Source: Amoebidium appalachense (taxonomy: Eukaryota > Protista > Ichthyosporea). Taken from it: 64,000 nt of DNA. Position 1 is the first letter of the stretch. Every line of letters starts with the position of its first letter. The stretch lies in assembly GCA_963693365.1 (NCBI GenBank), contig CAVNZM010000004.1, forward strand, positions 2,936,389 through 3,000,388, written 5' to 3'. Made by a program: the position numbers and the translations under genes. Positions 1 to 24,142 of the stretch are shown piece after piece. Under the pieces are notes generated by a model. The model was not told the origin of the DNA. It worked only from the letters and a program-made list of their open reading frames with translations, and searched no databases.

Positions 1-90
1 CCATGCTCGCCTTCGTGTTTAGGGCATGTGCCTTATGGTATGTGGCTGCGAGGATGCCCTTTGTATGAGGGAGTAAGGGGGGGGGGGGGG

Positions 91-225
<135 letters not shown>

Positions 226-541
226 GTGTCAGTGTGCCTCCTTCTTATTGTGTGGTGGTGGTGGTGGTGGTGGTGGTGGTGGTGGTGGTGGTGTGTGTGT
301 GTGTGTGTGTGTGGGGGGGGGGGGGGAGAAGGGGAAGTGTGTGTGTGGGGGGGGGGGGGGGGGGGGGCTTAATGGAATCTGGTTGGTTGGGGATGGATTT
401 TTTTTTTTTTTTTTTTTGGGGGGGGGGGGGGGATTTGGGAAGATCCAGTATACACGGTGTACATGGGCTGTGGCTCACAGGGGTGCAGGGGGAGATCCAA
501 ATATGCATGGTGTACATGGACTGTGGCTCACAGGGGTGCAG

Positions 542-6255
<5,714 letters not shown>

Positions 6256-7218
6256 AAATGGAAAGTCGGGACCAGCGGTTCAACTTGATGTTGAGTCTCA
6301 CGGATGCGAGTTGTCTGAAGCCTCTCTCACATATGCAGGAATATGTTGTGGTTTTGTTATGAAAAACTTGTGCACGTTTGTGAACATGTGATGGTTGTGA
6401 TTGGGCCTAGGTTAAGGTACATGCATTAATCACATCGCACATATTCTTTGTTGGAAATACCGGATAGGCTGATGCTGTTGGCAGCAGCAGGCCAAACATG
6501 ACCAATAGTGTTATGATGGGAGTCTCTACCCAAGACTGTCGTTGCCATGTGCCTTGTATTTTAGCTCGAGTATTATTATTTACAGAAGACCAATTTACAA
6601 TAAAAGAACTGTTTGATGTAACAGTTGCCAAGTCTGGAGTTGCAAGAGAGAATTATTGTGTGCATGTACATACAGTACTAGTGTACATGACATTGGTAGT
6701 GTGGCATGTTTTGAGTCGTTCACCACTGTGTGACACTGTCCATGCCCGTGGTGTATCATAGGAACGCGGCCTTGGTGCACTTAAAAAGGGGACAATTGCA
6801 AACCTTGAAATATGTGTAGAAACTATCACTTGCGGCCTTGTGCGTGCATATATGCGCGTAGTACCTTCAAGCATATATATGTGTGTGCGCGCGTAGTCGT
6901 GTACATGTGAGTGCATTTGGGTGGGTGGGTGGGGGTGCACGTGCTGGCCTATGGCGGTGATCATGATGGTGAACCGCGTGTACGTGCCCACATATGCATG
7001 CGGCTACATACTACACCGCGTCAATTCTAACGTGGTGCAGGTTGGGGTGAGGGGTGGGTGGGTGCGGAGTTGCAGGGAAGGGGGAGGGGAGGAATTTATC
7101 TGGGGCAGACAAATGCGGACAAAATACCTTGGCTACACAATCACACAGGTGATGGGAACAGTGAAACCGGGACGATCGACTCGGAGGGCCTACGTATACG
7201 TAGAGGCCCCGCCCCCGG

Positions 7219-7257
<39 letters not shown>

Positions 7258-7899
7258 ATGTATACGTAATAACTACTTAGTTACGTCGTGTGCCATGTCG
7301 CTGATAATATGGCCAAAATTTGGAGAATATATAAAACAGAAAAAAAAGTAGGAATATCACTGTTCGAAAACAGTAGAAATTTATGTACGCGTGCACATGC
7401 ATGCGCATGCACACGCAGATACACGATGTCATGCACATGCACAACTAGTACTTCTGTGGTATCCAATGATAGGCTATGGGCAGAACATAGCTAGCTCCGC
7501 CACTCGTACACATTGCACCAGAGCCCACTATGAGGGGCTTGGAAGGTGCATTTTCAACCAACCAACAGCAAGTTTACTCTGTGCCTCTGTGTCGGAATGA
7601 GTCGAGTGCAACCTGTGCACTCGGTAAAACAACAAACTGATGAAGAATTCACATCAGAAATACGGGCATCACTATTAGCCAACGAAACCTTCGATCACAT
7701 AGCAATCAGTTGGGCTAGGTACACATAGCATGGATAACATCTCAGTAGGGAACACAAAAAACCAACCATTATGCCACAATTCTTAAACGGCTACAGGCAT
7801 AGCCAGGTCCCACTTGAATAAATCGCCCACGTACATATGAAAAATTCGACACCAGAGCCAAATAACGACATAACGATTCAACCAATTCAACCGTGCACT

Positions 7900-12493
<4,594 letters not shown>

Positions 12494-12677
12494 GGTGAGC
12501 CGCGCAGTGCACAGGTGTTCGACCGTCAAGGCCTGTCAGAGTAGGAGGCCTTGTCGACCGTGTGGCCCCGCCGGAAACAAGTGCGAAGAATTTATATATT
12601 GCACATTATATAATAGGTTCTATATATATGCATCACCGCTCCAGCGCTGGGTTTCCGTCCTGCACAGAACATATAAA
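12494..12677. promoter_or_regulatory. Probable bidirectional promoter between CNPPD1 and CISD3
   Basis: Head-to-head predicted ATGs ~185 bp apart, with AT-rich TATA-like stretches (tttatatatt ~12590, tataaaa ~12672). Depends on the CNPPD1 first-exon model. Confidence 0.5.
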
Positions 12678-13216
12678 ATGATTCGGGCACTCTCTGGGCA
12701 CGTGCGTGCAGTTCCACGTTTGCAAGGTACGACCAAACCAATGCTAAATGACACCTTAAGCTTGCGTTTATCCTGTGAGTGACGGGGTGTCGTAGGCTGT
12801 GAGCTAACTACGTAACGTCTTCCGTCTAGCAGGATTGCTTGCTGTTAGGCGCTACGGCTTGCAGCCTAAGCCCGTAGTGGCGGCAAAGGAGCCCGCAGAG
12901 GTTGTGGCTGAGGTCGGCAAGACATATGCCTGGTGCTCGTGTGGGCGCAGCAAGAAACAGGTGAGTGTCGTATTTACTGAAGAAACAGCAGTGTTTTTAT
13001 GGTATATAGTTCTCAATGCTGCAGTTTGGATCTATGATCTCTGCCTGGCCTAAATGAATTTTTGCACAGCCGCTCTGTGACGGCAGCCACAAGGGGACCG
13101 ACTTCAAGCCGCTGCGCTACAAGTGTGAGGACGCCACATACAACCTGTGGTTCTGCCAGTGCAAGCAGACCACAACGCCACCCTTCTGCGACGGCACACA
13201 CGCTGCCCTGCCGTAG
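12678..13216 (+). CDS. CISD3: CDGSH iron-sulfur domain protein 3 (MiNT-type, two CDGSH motifs), probably mitochondrial
   Basis: Exons 12678-12726, 12833-12960, 13070-13216. Protein has WCSCGRSKKQPLCDGSH and WFCQCKQTTTPPFCDGTH, plus an Arg-rich N-terminal presequence (MIRALSGHVRAVPRLQ). Confidence 0.93.
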
Positions 13217-15246
13217 CAAAGTTTAGTAACAGTGGAAAGATGTAACTGCTGATGTAGACTGTTGTGGGACAGAGTATGTGTAAGTTTCAAACGTGTGGAG
13301 AGCCCGTAGGTATCGTTGTTTTTTTGGTGGGTAGCAACGAATTTAGCAACGCACACATTGTAGAGGCATATGAAGAGTGCCGATCACTTTTGCCGACGAT
13401 TCGCATCCGAGTGTGGCTCGGCAGTAGGCCCGCCACTAGCTCTTTCCACTCTCACTGCCATGATTATAGTAGACAGCTGACCGTTTATTCTCTTTGCTGC
13501 CCACTGAGCCTCCCTTAGACTGTTTCAAGTGTTTCTCGAAGTGAACATAAAGGGGAGGAAATACCATTGTCACCATGCAACGGCAGCCACTGGACTGGTC
13601 CCGCCCATGTTTTCACACTTCTCCCGGGCCCTCTCAGAGTCCTCCCCTACCCCCCCGGCCCCCCGCGCCCCACACCCTACCCCCCTTTCCCCCCAAGTGT
13701 TCAGGGGCCCCTGAGCCCCCCCCCCCCCCCCAGCCCCCCCCTCCCGCGCGTAGCATCGCCCCCCGGCCGCCCGCTCCCTCCCTCAATTACCGTGCCCCAA
13801 GTTCCCCCCCCCCCCCCCCCCCTCCCTCCCGCCTCCCCCAGAGGCCCCCCTCGAGCTCCCCGCCCCCCCACCGCAAAATTCCGACCTTTTTTCGTTCCCT
13901 CCTTCCCCACCTCCCTTCTTCTCCCCGCCCCCTTTCCCTCCCTCTTACCTATGCTCTTTCTCGCTCTCTCGCTCCCCGTGGCACCCTCAGGCTCTCCTCC
14001 ATCTCAGGCTCTAGCTCCCGCCCGAGTGACACATGTTACTAAAAATAGAAACTTTCGGAACTGCCGCAAAAAGCCAATCAACAAAAGGCGATTCAGTAAC
14101 GGTTCACGGTGCGCCTGCGGCACACTGCAGAAAAATCAAGAACAAGCAAAACGGGGTGTATGTGTGTAGATTATGTAGGGGTGGTTTAGGAAGAGTTCGA
14201 GTAAGTAAAGAGCTAGATCAATAAAGGGTTAGAGCCATTGCAAGCGCGAAGGCCTAGTGGTAGGGGAGCTGAAAGGAGTCACAGTCACGCAGAAAGAAGT
14301 GTGCAGGCTGTCACACAAATACACTAGCTTCCCGTAGAATTCGGTTGGTTAGTACACATACAGTTGTGGGAGGCTATTGTTCTGTTGTCCTGGTGCACCT
14401 GCTAAGTAATATCCATACACAATTTTCAACCGGGCAGGAACACACGAAGGTAAAGCCCCATCCCTTTCTACCGAACAGTAACAGTAGTTATACTTCACCC
14501 GGAGCTTTGTCTCTGCTCTTGCATCCCGATTCTCGTCTTGGTTATGGTTGTGTTGTACCCCGCGCGCACCATATGTTATGCTTTGATTAGTGGCTGGACT
14601 GTTCTAGTTTGCGTTTCTTGGGGTGCATTGCACAATGACACTCATCCTTTGTGCACAGCTTTTCTGCTGTCTGGTCTGGGGAAAACTCTGGGGTCTGTGC
14701 TTGCTCTCCCACTTTGCATGCACTGTGCTTCCTCTTCCATCAAAAACAACGCACTGCATTAACAGAAGTATACATTCTCAAACATCTGCGCTCCCCCTAA
14801 TTTTTTTTCTTGGTAACTTTGAATGTGAATGACGTGATTGTGATGCAGATAAGCCTCAGAGAGGCAGTTTCGGATACGCTTCTGTACTTTCCCCGAGGTT
14901 AAGTCGCAGATGTACCGATTACGCGTGCATTTGAGGGACTGAATGTATGGTCGCTTATTCGTGCATTTGGGTGGTTCTATGATAGTGCACCTTTTACTTG
15001 TTCCACTTTCTTCCCCCCCCCCCCCCCCCCCCCCCCAAAACCCCCCAACCCCCCTTCCCCTACCCACTCCACCCCACCCTACCCCACCTATGCCGCCCCA
15101 CCCCACCCCGTCCTTTCATAAACCCGCCGGTCTCCCCACCACTCTTATGACCAGCCTTTCCCGTGCACCAAACGATGTCTCACAAGCAATCACAACCGCC
15201 GCTGCATTTCTTTTGCCTGTTGTGATTGCTGCACCACGTCTTCTGC

Positions 15247-15287
<41 letters not shown>

Positions 15288-15408
15288 ACCCACCCACCCT
15301 CTTTCGCGGGGTTGGGCTCTGCTTGTTGTGGATACTTTGTCTGGTCTGCACTCTGCATTTGTGTTTTCCGTTGTACATGTGTACTTCATACTTCATGACG
15401 CATTCAAG

Positions 15409-15453
<45 letters not shown>

Positions 15454-15630
15454 TTTCAAGGGCAGTTTTCTATTCTTCTCTCCTGTGCACAAGTGATGAG
15501 TATATTTTTGTTTGTTTTTCCCCCCCTTTTTTTTTTTTCTTTTTTTTTTTTTCACTTTTCCTCTTTTCTTTCCTTTTTTCTTTTCTCCCCTTGGTGGTGG
15601 TGGTTCTGGTGTGTATGTGTGTTTGTGTTT

Positions 15631-15661
<31 letters not shown>

Positions 15662-16054
15662 GGGGGGGGTATAAGACAGTAGGAGCTGCTTGCGTGGTGA
15701 TATCACATTGAAACAGTGTTCTGGTGTCTGCATTGCGTACTGCCGTGGTGCAAGGGTGGTTTCTGTCCGTGCCCTGGTACACCTCCTGCCGAGTCTTCAC
15801 ACACACGACCCCCCCTCCCTCCCTCCCTCACCCCTCACCCTTCACCCGTGATCGCTATTCAAAGTACGCACGTGTGCACCTGCCCACACACACTAAACAA
15901 ACGCCAGAGGAGAGAACTGCAACCGTTCATGCACGAGCACACTCACACACACACACACACACAGACACACACACACACAGACACACACACACAGACACCA
16001 AAAAAAACAAAAAAAAAAGAAACCTGTTCTAACCCGTGCACCCCACCAGGTGCC

Positions 16055-16990
16055 ATGCCGGGTAGCCAGCCCAACTCACCCTCCACCAAGGGGGAGGGGG
16101 CCAGTACTGGGGAGGAGAGACCTGACACGGTGGACCGGCTATGGGAGCCCGTCTTGGAGGAACACTTTCGTCGCAGTCTGTCACCTTTAGTGCGGGCCAA
16201 ATTGGGGGAGGATGTGGGCTCGACCCAGAAGGTGGGTAGTGTGATTAAGGGCGTTAAAAGCACACGGTCCACCCACACATCCCCAAATCCAAACACCAGC
16301 CCGCACCAACCCCCACCCATCTCCCCCTATGCCAACCACCCGTTTGGCTACCCCCCCGTTATGGGTGGGCCGCCACCCCCCGACCCGACCTATGCCCCAC
16401 CCTATAGCGGATATGGGCCTGTACCCCCTAGATCACCCCACGGAGCCTACTACCCACCGCATGCCTATCAGCCCGGCAGCCCATACACGTACGGCCCCCC
16501 TGCACCCCCCGTCGGAGCCTATGGATACGGCTACCCGGGCCCCTACCCCCCACCATACTATGGATATCCCCCCCACGAGCACCCGCCACCCTCGGGCCCT
16601 GTACCGCGCACACCACCACAAACAGCCAACCCGGCAGTAGACGAACATTTCAAGCGCAGTTTGCCCAAGGCACAACTAGTTGATGATCATTTTGCAAAGA
16701 GTCTGGCTGCTGGGCAGAATGAGGAGGGGCCGGGGGGAGCAGCAGGAGCGACCGGGGCAGACCCTGTAGAGGATCATTTTGCACGCAGTTTGGCTGTGGG
16801 GAGGGCACCGGGCACATCCCCAGAAGTTAACCCCCCGGTGGCGGGGAGGGGTGGTGGGCTGCAGCGGCCATACAGCACAGAGGGGATTGAGGTGAGGGGG
16901 CCCGGGGGAAGCCCCAAAGATGTGGATGAACACTTCAAGCGGGCATTGGAGAAGGCGGGGTCTCCGATGAAGGGAAGGGGGGGGGTCTAA
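16055..16990 (+). CDS. VGLL4: Vestigial-like (VGLL4/Tgi-like) Tondu-motif protein, putative TEAD/Scalloped cofactor
   Basis: Single long coding exon after acceptor ttctaac...ccaccag at 16049; an upstream coding exon is possible. Five motifs: LEEHFRRSL (16154), VDEHFKRSL (16637), VDDHFAKSL (16679), VEDHFARSL (16766), VDEHFKRAL (16922). Pro/Tyr-rich middle with PPPY. Confidence 0.8.
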   Translation: MPGSQPNSPSTKGEGASTGEERPDTVDRLWEPVLEEHFRRSLSPLVRAKLGEDVGSTQKVGSVIKGVKSTRSTHTSPNPNTSPHQPPPISPYANHPFGYPPVMGGPPPPDPTYAPPYSGYGPVPPRSPHGAYYPPHAYQPGSPYTYGPPAPPVGAYGYGYPGPYPPPYYGYPPHEHPPPSGPVPRTPPQTANPAVDEHFKRSLPKAQLVDDHFAKSLAAGQNEEGPGGAAGATGADPVEDHFARSLAVGRAPGTSPEVNPPVAGRGGGLQRPYSTEGIEVRGPGGSPKDVDEHFKRALEKAGSPMKGRGGV

Positions 16991-17904
16991 GCCAACTAGC
17001 CCGGTAAAGGGGTCAAGAGAGAAAACTGTGGATTCGGGCAATGAGCCTATGGATACAGATTGAGGGGGGGGTTTATGTTTTTTTTTTTTTTTTTGGCTTG
17101 ATAATAGAGGTTGGGGATGTGTACGTGATAGAACCTTTACTGGCTTTTATAATCGATTGCTTGCATCTTTTATTATCAAAGTTAAATGGATGTCTGGGTG
17201 TTAATTGTGGTTGCGCCAATGTTGCAGCTGGTCTGGCTATTGGCTTTCAGGATGGGGTGGTGTTGGAGGGGAGTGTGTGATATTAGTTTTTTAAATTCAA
17301 AACCAAAATTTACAGTCTGGCCATTGGGAGGAAAATGAAGCATGTGTTGAAAGAGCCTTGTGGGGTGTGTATTCAACACAACTGTCTATCATTGGGCGAC
17401 ATTATTGGGTTTGGTGACTAATTGGTGTGCTGTACAGGTTGGCAAATATTAGTATTATGCATTTAGAGCAGATATTCATGATGATGGTGCAATATGCACC
17501 TGCATGTCGAATAAAACCGATAATTTAAGACACCCGCCTCATGATCAGCCCCCCCCCCCCCCCGCGGCGGAAGACCTACCTTGAACTGTGGTGAAACAGT
17601 TCTGCACATGTGCACACGAGAGACTGATCGCGGAATACCTGTATATGTGTGTACGTAACAACAAAATGATACGTACCTGTGACCTGAAAGGAGAGCCAAT
17701 TTTGAAGACTTGCACATATACTCTCGACTTCATAAAAGCTTATTCCCTTACCTACGCACATGTAAATACTTTCATCCTTAATAATCCATTTTCTGCCCTT
17801 CGCTCACTATGGCACGTGTGCTCAGTGGAAGGGACGAAGGCTTCACTTCTCCTTGAACACACACTTGGATAGACGACCTGTGAGACATATTGCAGACTCT
17901 GTGA

Positions 17905-17930
17905 AATTTCGATGACGTCATCAGATTTCC
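17905..17930. promoter_or_regulatory. CRE/ATF-like palindrome upstream of CIR1
   Basis: gaaatttcGATGACGTCATCagatttc is a perfect 12-bp palindrome with imperfect extension, ~210 bp before the CIR1 ATG. Confidence 0.4.
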
Positions 17931-18135
17931 AGGCCAGCACATTACGGCCGGTAGTCTGGTACAATAGTGCCCTCTTGATATGTCCATGGTTCACTGGTGG
18001 TTGCACTAAACTGGGGCATGCAGACATCGTGCTTGCGATGTAGCGTTGAAAGAGATCACAGGAAAATTACAGCTAACTTTTAGGCAGTAATAGAACTTGA
18101 AGCCCCTTGGGGTAGGTTAAACCCCAGTCGTCACC

Positions 18136-20310
18136 ATGTCGATCTCCAGCTATATGAACCTCAAGTCCTTTCATCCGGGCAACTTCTTCAACCAACGAAA
18201 AGTTAGTGCCCTTTTTCAGATAGTGGGGTGGTAGAGGGGACGGAGGAAAAGGATGGGACGGTGGGGAGGGAGGGGCGGGACGGCGAGGGGGAGGGAGAGA
18301 GAAGAGAGGTGGGAATCGGGTTTTGGAGTACGGAAGGGTGTCAAGAAAGGGAGCTGGCCGGAGAACCACTTTTAGCATCTCAACAATCAACTCGCCTTAC
18401 TTTAAATGTGTGACGGGAACGAAATAACACACGGTTACACCTATTGACTTCACCGCAAACACGTAAATAGAGTATGACTGTACGATGATCCGCACGTAGA
18501 CATCCACAAATCCGCTCACCATACACACCACACCCACACACACATACACGCCCCCCCCCCCCCCCCCCCCTCCCCTCCCCCCCCCCCCCCCCCCCCCCCC
18601 ACACACACACACATTACACACGTACACGCACGCACAAACGCACGCATACACACACACACAGGCGCGCGCACACACACACACATACACCTGCACACTCACA
18701 CGCTCGCACGCACACCCAAAAACACGCACACTCACATGCACACACAAGCAAACATGCTCACACGCTCGTACACACGAATGAACACACAAAACACACACCG
18801 ATACATATGCACGCACATACACATACACACACTCACACACGCGCACACACGCGTGCACACACACACGCGCCTGAACGCACACACACAAAGACACAAACAC
18901 ACACACTTTCTCTGTCCCTCCCTCCCCCCTCTCCCTCCCTCCCTCCCTCCCTCCCTCCCTCCCTCCCTCCCTCCCTTCCTCCCTCCCTCCCTCCCTCCCT
19001 CCCTCCCCGCCCTCCCTCCCTCCGTCCCTCCCTCTCTCTCTCCCTCCCTCCCTCCGTCCCTCCCTCCCTCCCTCCCTCCCTGCCTCCCTCCCTCCCTCCC
19101 TCCCTCCCTCCCTCCCCCCCCCCCCCCCCCCCCCTCTCTCTCTCTCTCTCTTTCTCTCCCTCTCTCTCCCCCACACACCCACCCACTCACACATACACTC
19201 ACTCACCCACCCAGCCGCCCACTCACTCACCACCCACTCTCTCACTCACTCACCTACCCACAGTCACGCCTGCGGAGGAACAACCCCTATTTTGTCCCAA
19301 GGGGGGTTGTTCCTTCTAAGGGTAGTTCGATCACAGCCCCCCCCCCCCCCCTCCCCCCCCCCCCCCCCCCCCTCCCCCCCCCCCCCCCCCCCGCGTACAC
19401 ATGGGAGCCCAAGTTCCGGGCCTTTTTTCTTAATTGAGGCCATGGATGGGGGTGCCAAACTATCCTAATGTCGAGTGGGCACCACCCTCCCTGAGAATGA
19501 AAAAACCAACTTGTGACACAAGATTGCAAGGTTGGCAACTGCTGGTTGGTAAGAAACACAATGACGTCCTCACAGCAGGCGTCTTTCGACGTCTAGTTAT
19601 CTAGCCCAAGAGTCGCCAACCCATATGGTGTGGATTACGAGATAATCAGGGCTGTTTGGGAGTTGGCCGGGGCCTTATTAATAAAACCCCCCCAAGGGGT
19701 TGTTCCTTCTCAGGGTAGCTTTTATATAGGGTTGTTCCTTGCCAGGCGGTACTGCACGCCCTTACTCACTCTCGCACACGGCCCTTGAAGATGGTGTCTC
19801 AGCTGAGCACTAGAAAACAACTTGTGTTTTTCTCTAAGTCGGCGCTCCTACGCTCCTGTAACCCTCTCGTTTTTTCGCCCTATCTGCACACTAACACCAT
19901 GCCTTGGGTGTGTATGTCCAGCCTTTTGTAACGAGACACAATCGTTCCTCTGCCCACTTTCTGACAGGGCAGTGCAGGTATGGATAGCCGAGCAGAAAGC
20001 AGAGGCCGAGAAGAAGAAGAAGGCCGAGCTAGAGCAGCAGTACAAAGTCGAGCAGCATGAACTGGCCGTCAAGTAAGTGCCTGGGACCGGGGGGGGGGGG
20101 GGGGGGGGGTTGGTGATGTGGGTGTGTGTGGATGTGCCTGTGGGCATGGGTGGATATCTCTAGGTGGCTTGGTTAGGTGGGTAATGGTGGGCTGGGTTGT
20201 GTGATTCTGATTTGATAGGTTGAGGTTGTGGCTGGTGAATGGTGAGGTTGGTAGGTGGGGTGGGGTGGATGGTTGGAAGGAGGGGGAGGCATGTGTGTGT
20301 GTGTGTGTGT

Positions 20311-20341
<31 letters not shown>

Positions 20342-20881
20342 GAGAAGGGAAGGGGGAGGGGGGGGGGGGGGATGGAGGGGAAAGAAGGGAGCATTATTAG
20401 GCTATGTAGGCCGCTGAAAGTGAGAGAAGTGCATACTCGTGTGGTTAGAAACACGAACTTTTTACCAGGCAACTCACAGGTGTGGGCCCACCGCATGCCT
20501 ACATGAGATTGGTCTGCTTTCATTCATACACGACACAGAACACTTGGTGGACTTGAGGCCACACGGGCACACACGTTCACGAACGAGCCAAACATGGGGT
20601 CAAGGAGGGGAAGGGATTCGTTTGTGTGTGTGGATGTGTGTGCTGACACTGGGGCAGGGCACAGCTATTGGGGGAGGACACACGCAAGCTGGAGCTCAAC
20701 TTTATGTACAAGGAGCCCCCTGGCCTGAAGGAAGGTATGTTGCTTTTTTCCCGTGCAGGGGTGTTTTTTTTTGGCGTGGGGGGGGGGGGGAGGGGGGAGG
20801 GTAATGTTCAGCCAGGGTGATTACTGGGAGAGGGAGGGGGGGGGGGGGGAGGGGGATAATGTCCAGCCAGGGGGATTATTT

Positions 20882-20912
<31 letters not shown>

Positions 20913-21192
20913 ATAATCAGCCAGGGGAGTCATTGGGGGTGGTGGTGGTGGTGGTGGTGGTGGGGGGGGGGGGGGGGGGGGGGGGATAATGTTCAGCTAG
21001 GGGAATCATTGGGGGAGGTGGCGAGGTGCGGGAGGAGATAATGCTCAGCCAGGGGGATCATTTCCAAGGCGAAGGGAAATGACAGAAGAGGTAGAGGGGT
21101 TTTTTGCACGGGTTAGTATTATATTATTATCATTTTCCATTTTTATTTATTATTTATTTTTGGTGTGCGGGGGGTGGGTGTGTGTGTGTTCT

Positions 21193-21223
<31 letters not shown>

Positions 21224-21591
21224 GTCCAAAATGGTGTGCAGGAGTGCTGTTGCTTGCTTGACGGCAGCTGTGATACATGAGAAATAGTTACAAGGTGCTG
21301 TGGGTGCAAATGTGCAAGCCAGAGTCGTTTTTTTTTTTTTTTTTTTTTTTTTTTCCCTCCCTTTTTTGTGGCGAATTTAACCCATCAACCCCACAGCGCA
21401 GGAGAAGCTGACCCTCAGACAGAGGCCGCGTGTTGCCGGGGACGAAAAAGACGGCAAGAAGTCACTGCAGGAAAAGCATCCGGCACTGAAGGGTGCCCCC
21501 CGCGAGGGCAGGTGTGTGCCCCCCCTCCCCCAACCTCTACCTCCACCCTACCTCCACCCTCACCACACCCACCCACCCACCCACCCACGCA

Positions 21592-21685
<94 letters not shown>

Positions 21686-23333
21686 CTACACAACAAAAAA
21701 AGAAGAAGAAGAAGAAGAAGAAGAAGAGGAAATGAGAAGATAATGAAAGAAAGAATAAATAAAGAGGAAAAGAAAAACCGACCCACCCACCCCCACTCCC
21801 CCGGAACTCCCCGAATATAAGAAAAACATTTTGCAACCACTAAACCTCAACTCTGCTGGTGCTGGCTTTGCCCTCTAAAAAGATGCACCTGTTCAAATCC
21901 TTATCTTGTCAAGAACAAGGGTGTGTGTGTGTGTGTATGGTGGTGGTTTTTTTTTTTTTTTTTTTTTTTTGTTGTTTTGGGGGGGGGGGGGGGGGGGGGG
22001 GGCAGGGCAGGTATTGATTGCATAAGCCAGACTCTAACTCTCACACGACCGATCAGCTACACTGAGGCCATGGCAACGGTTCGTGACCGGCCCTTTGGTG
22101 TCGAGGTATGCCTATACCCACATACCCCATATATGTCCCCTCTGTACCTTTGTGTCCCCCATGGTCAATATTTTGTGCTTATGCTGCATGCATCGTCAGC
22201 GTTTCGGAAAAAAAAAGATGATTGAAATATGTTTACGACTCTACACAGGTTAAATGAAACAGTAATAGAACATTTAGTTGTTAGCAGGGGCTGACTGCAA
22301 ACACTAGACTACACTGGCAAGGTGGTTGGTGTGTGTTATGGTCTAGGCAGGTTGGGGAAAGGAGAAGGGGTTATGGGGTGGAGGGTGGAGTGGGAGAGAG
22401 TAAGGAAAAGGGGGGGGGGGGGGGGGGGGGGGGGGGGGGCTACCCTTTTTTTTCTAATGGGGGGGGGGGGGGGGAGGGGAAGGGGGAAGGGGGGGGGGGT
22501 GACGGGGGGTTTTTTTATGGGGAGGAGGGGGGGTTGGGCTTGATGATATGCATAGCAGTATGTATAAGGTACTGGCGTAAGGTTATTACGATTGCATGAT
22601 GGCGGGGCGCTAGGTGGGTTAGGCCCTTTTGGGGGAAATGGTGAGTGGTGTGTGTGTGTATGGTGGGGAGGGGGGGGGGGGGGGGGGCAGCAAGTTGATG
22701 GTGGTTCAGGGCTTGTAGTGACTGTGTGTGATTGCAGGTGCGCAATGTCAAGTGCACAAAGTGCGGGCAGTGGGGCCACCAGAACACAGACAGGGTGTGC
22801 CCACGCTACTACGAGAATGGGCCCCGGGATGGTGCGTACTGTGTGCATGCATGGGTGTGTGTGACTGATGTGCAAAGGGTGGACGGGGGAGAGGGGAGGG
22901 GGGAGAAAGGGGGGGAGGGGGTGTGGGGGGGGGGAAGGGGGGGTTGGATGTGTGTGCATGCTGTAACTAGGCATTGCATGTGTGTGCATGTATGTTCCCT
23001 CCCTGCATTGGGTATTGGTTATTCGCATGGAAGCAAGCCTGTGTGGTCGTGGCGTTGGTTACCACTCTACCTCCCCCCCCCCCCCCCCCCCCCCCTCACG
23101 CGGCCGCCACCGTCTCTTCCTGTAAATGGATGGCTTCAAGCCTATCCTTGGACGTATTCGTCCCATAATGTACTTTTCCAATAACGGGCCATAACAGCAC
23201 TGTTCTAACCCAATGCACAGGCTCAGACAAGGAGATTGAGCGGCCTGCATTCCAGGATCCAGCCACCCTGATTAAGCAGATGCGCGAAGATGTAACCCTC
23301 CCTCCCCATTCCCCACGGGGCGCGCGCGCGCGT

Positions 23334-23380
<47 letters not shown>

Positions 23381-24103
23381 GCGCGCACGTGTGTGGCGCA
23401 TGTTTTCGAGATTAATCGTGCTTGTCCGTTATGACAACCGGATGGTTGCTGTGCCACACATTCCATGATGAAGTGGTATCTGTGTGCGCGACTCACGCTT
23501 TACCTTGGGACGGGCTCTAGTGATATGTCATGTACTTTTTACAATGGGATGCATGCTTGTGCTTCGTACTGTGCCCCACCAACCAACCAACCAACCAACC
23601 AACCAACCAACCAACCAACCAACCAACCAACCAACCAACCAACCCCCCCCCCCCCCCCCCCTGGACTTCCTCCTCCTCCCTGTTCAATTGCATGTGCCTT
23701 TTCTTAGGTAATATGGGGACGAGGAGGTCATGGGCCCCCTTTTTTTCTTTTTTCTTTCTCTCTCTCTCTTTTTTTTTTTTTTTTTTTTTTTTTTGGGGGG
23801 GGGGGGGGGGGGTCAAAACTCAATGTGTTATATGATAGCGGCTCAGTTTGGACCTTCTGTGTGGTGTGGGTTTGCACGTGATTTTGAATATTTTATTGGC
23901 CATGCCTCGTGCTGATTGGTGGGGCCACAGCAAGGCCTGGCACTGCGGCGGTCTGTGATTGGGCGGCAGAACAATGTTCTAGCAGACAACCAGGTGGGTG
24001 GGTGGGGGTGGCTGTGGCACACTGTGTGCATGCATGTGGGTGGGTTAGGACGGTGGGATGATCGACTGTATGGCAAATTGGGCACACGAAAGTTTTTTTT
24101 TTT

Positions 24104-24142
<39 letters not shown>

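Noticed and set aside
20801-21063. CRISPR-like repeat-spacer layout
   Set aside because: Eukaryotic intron, degenerate repeats, low-complexity G spacers and no cas genes.
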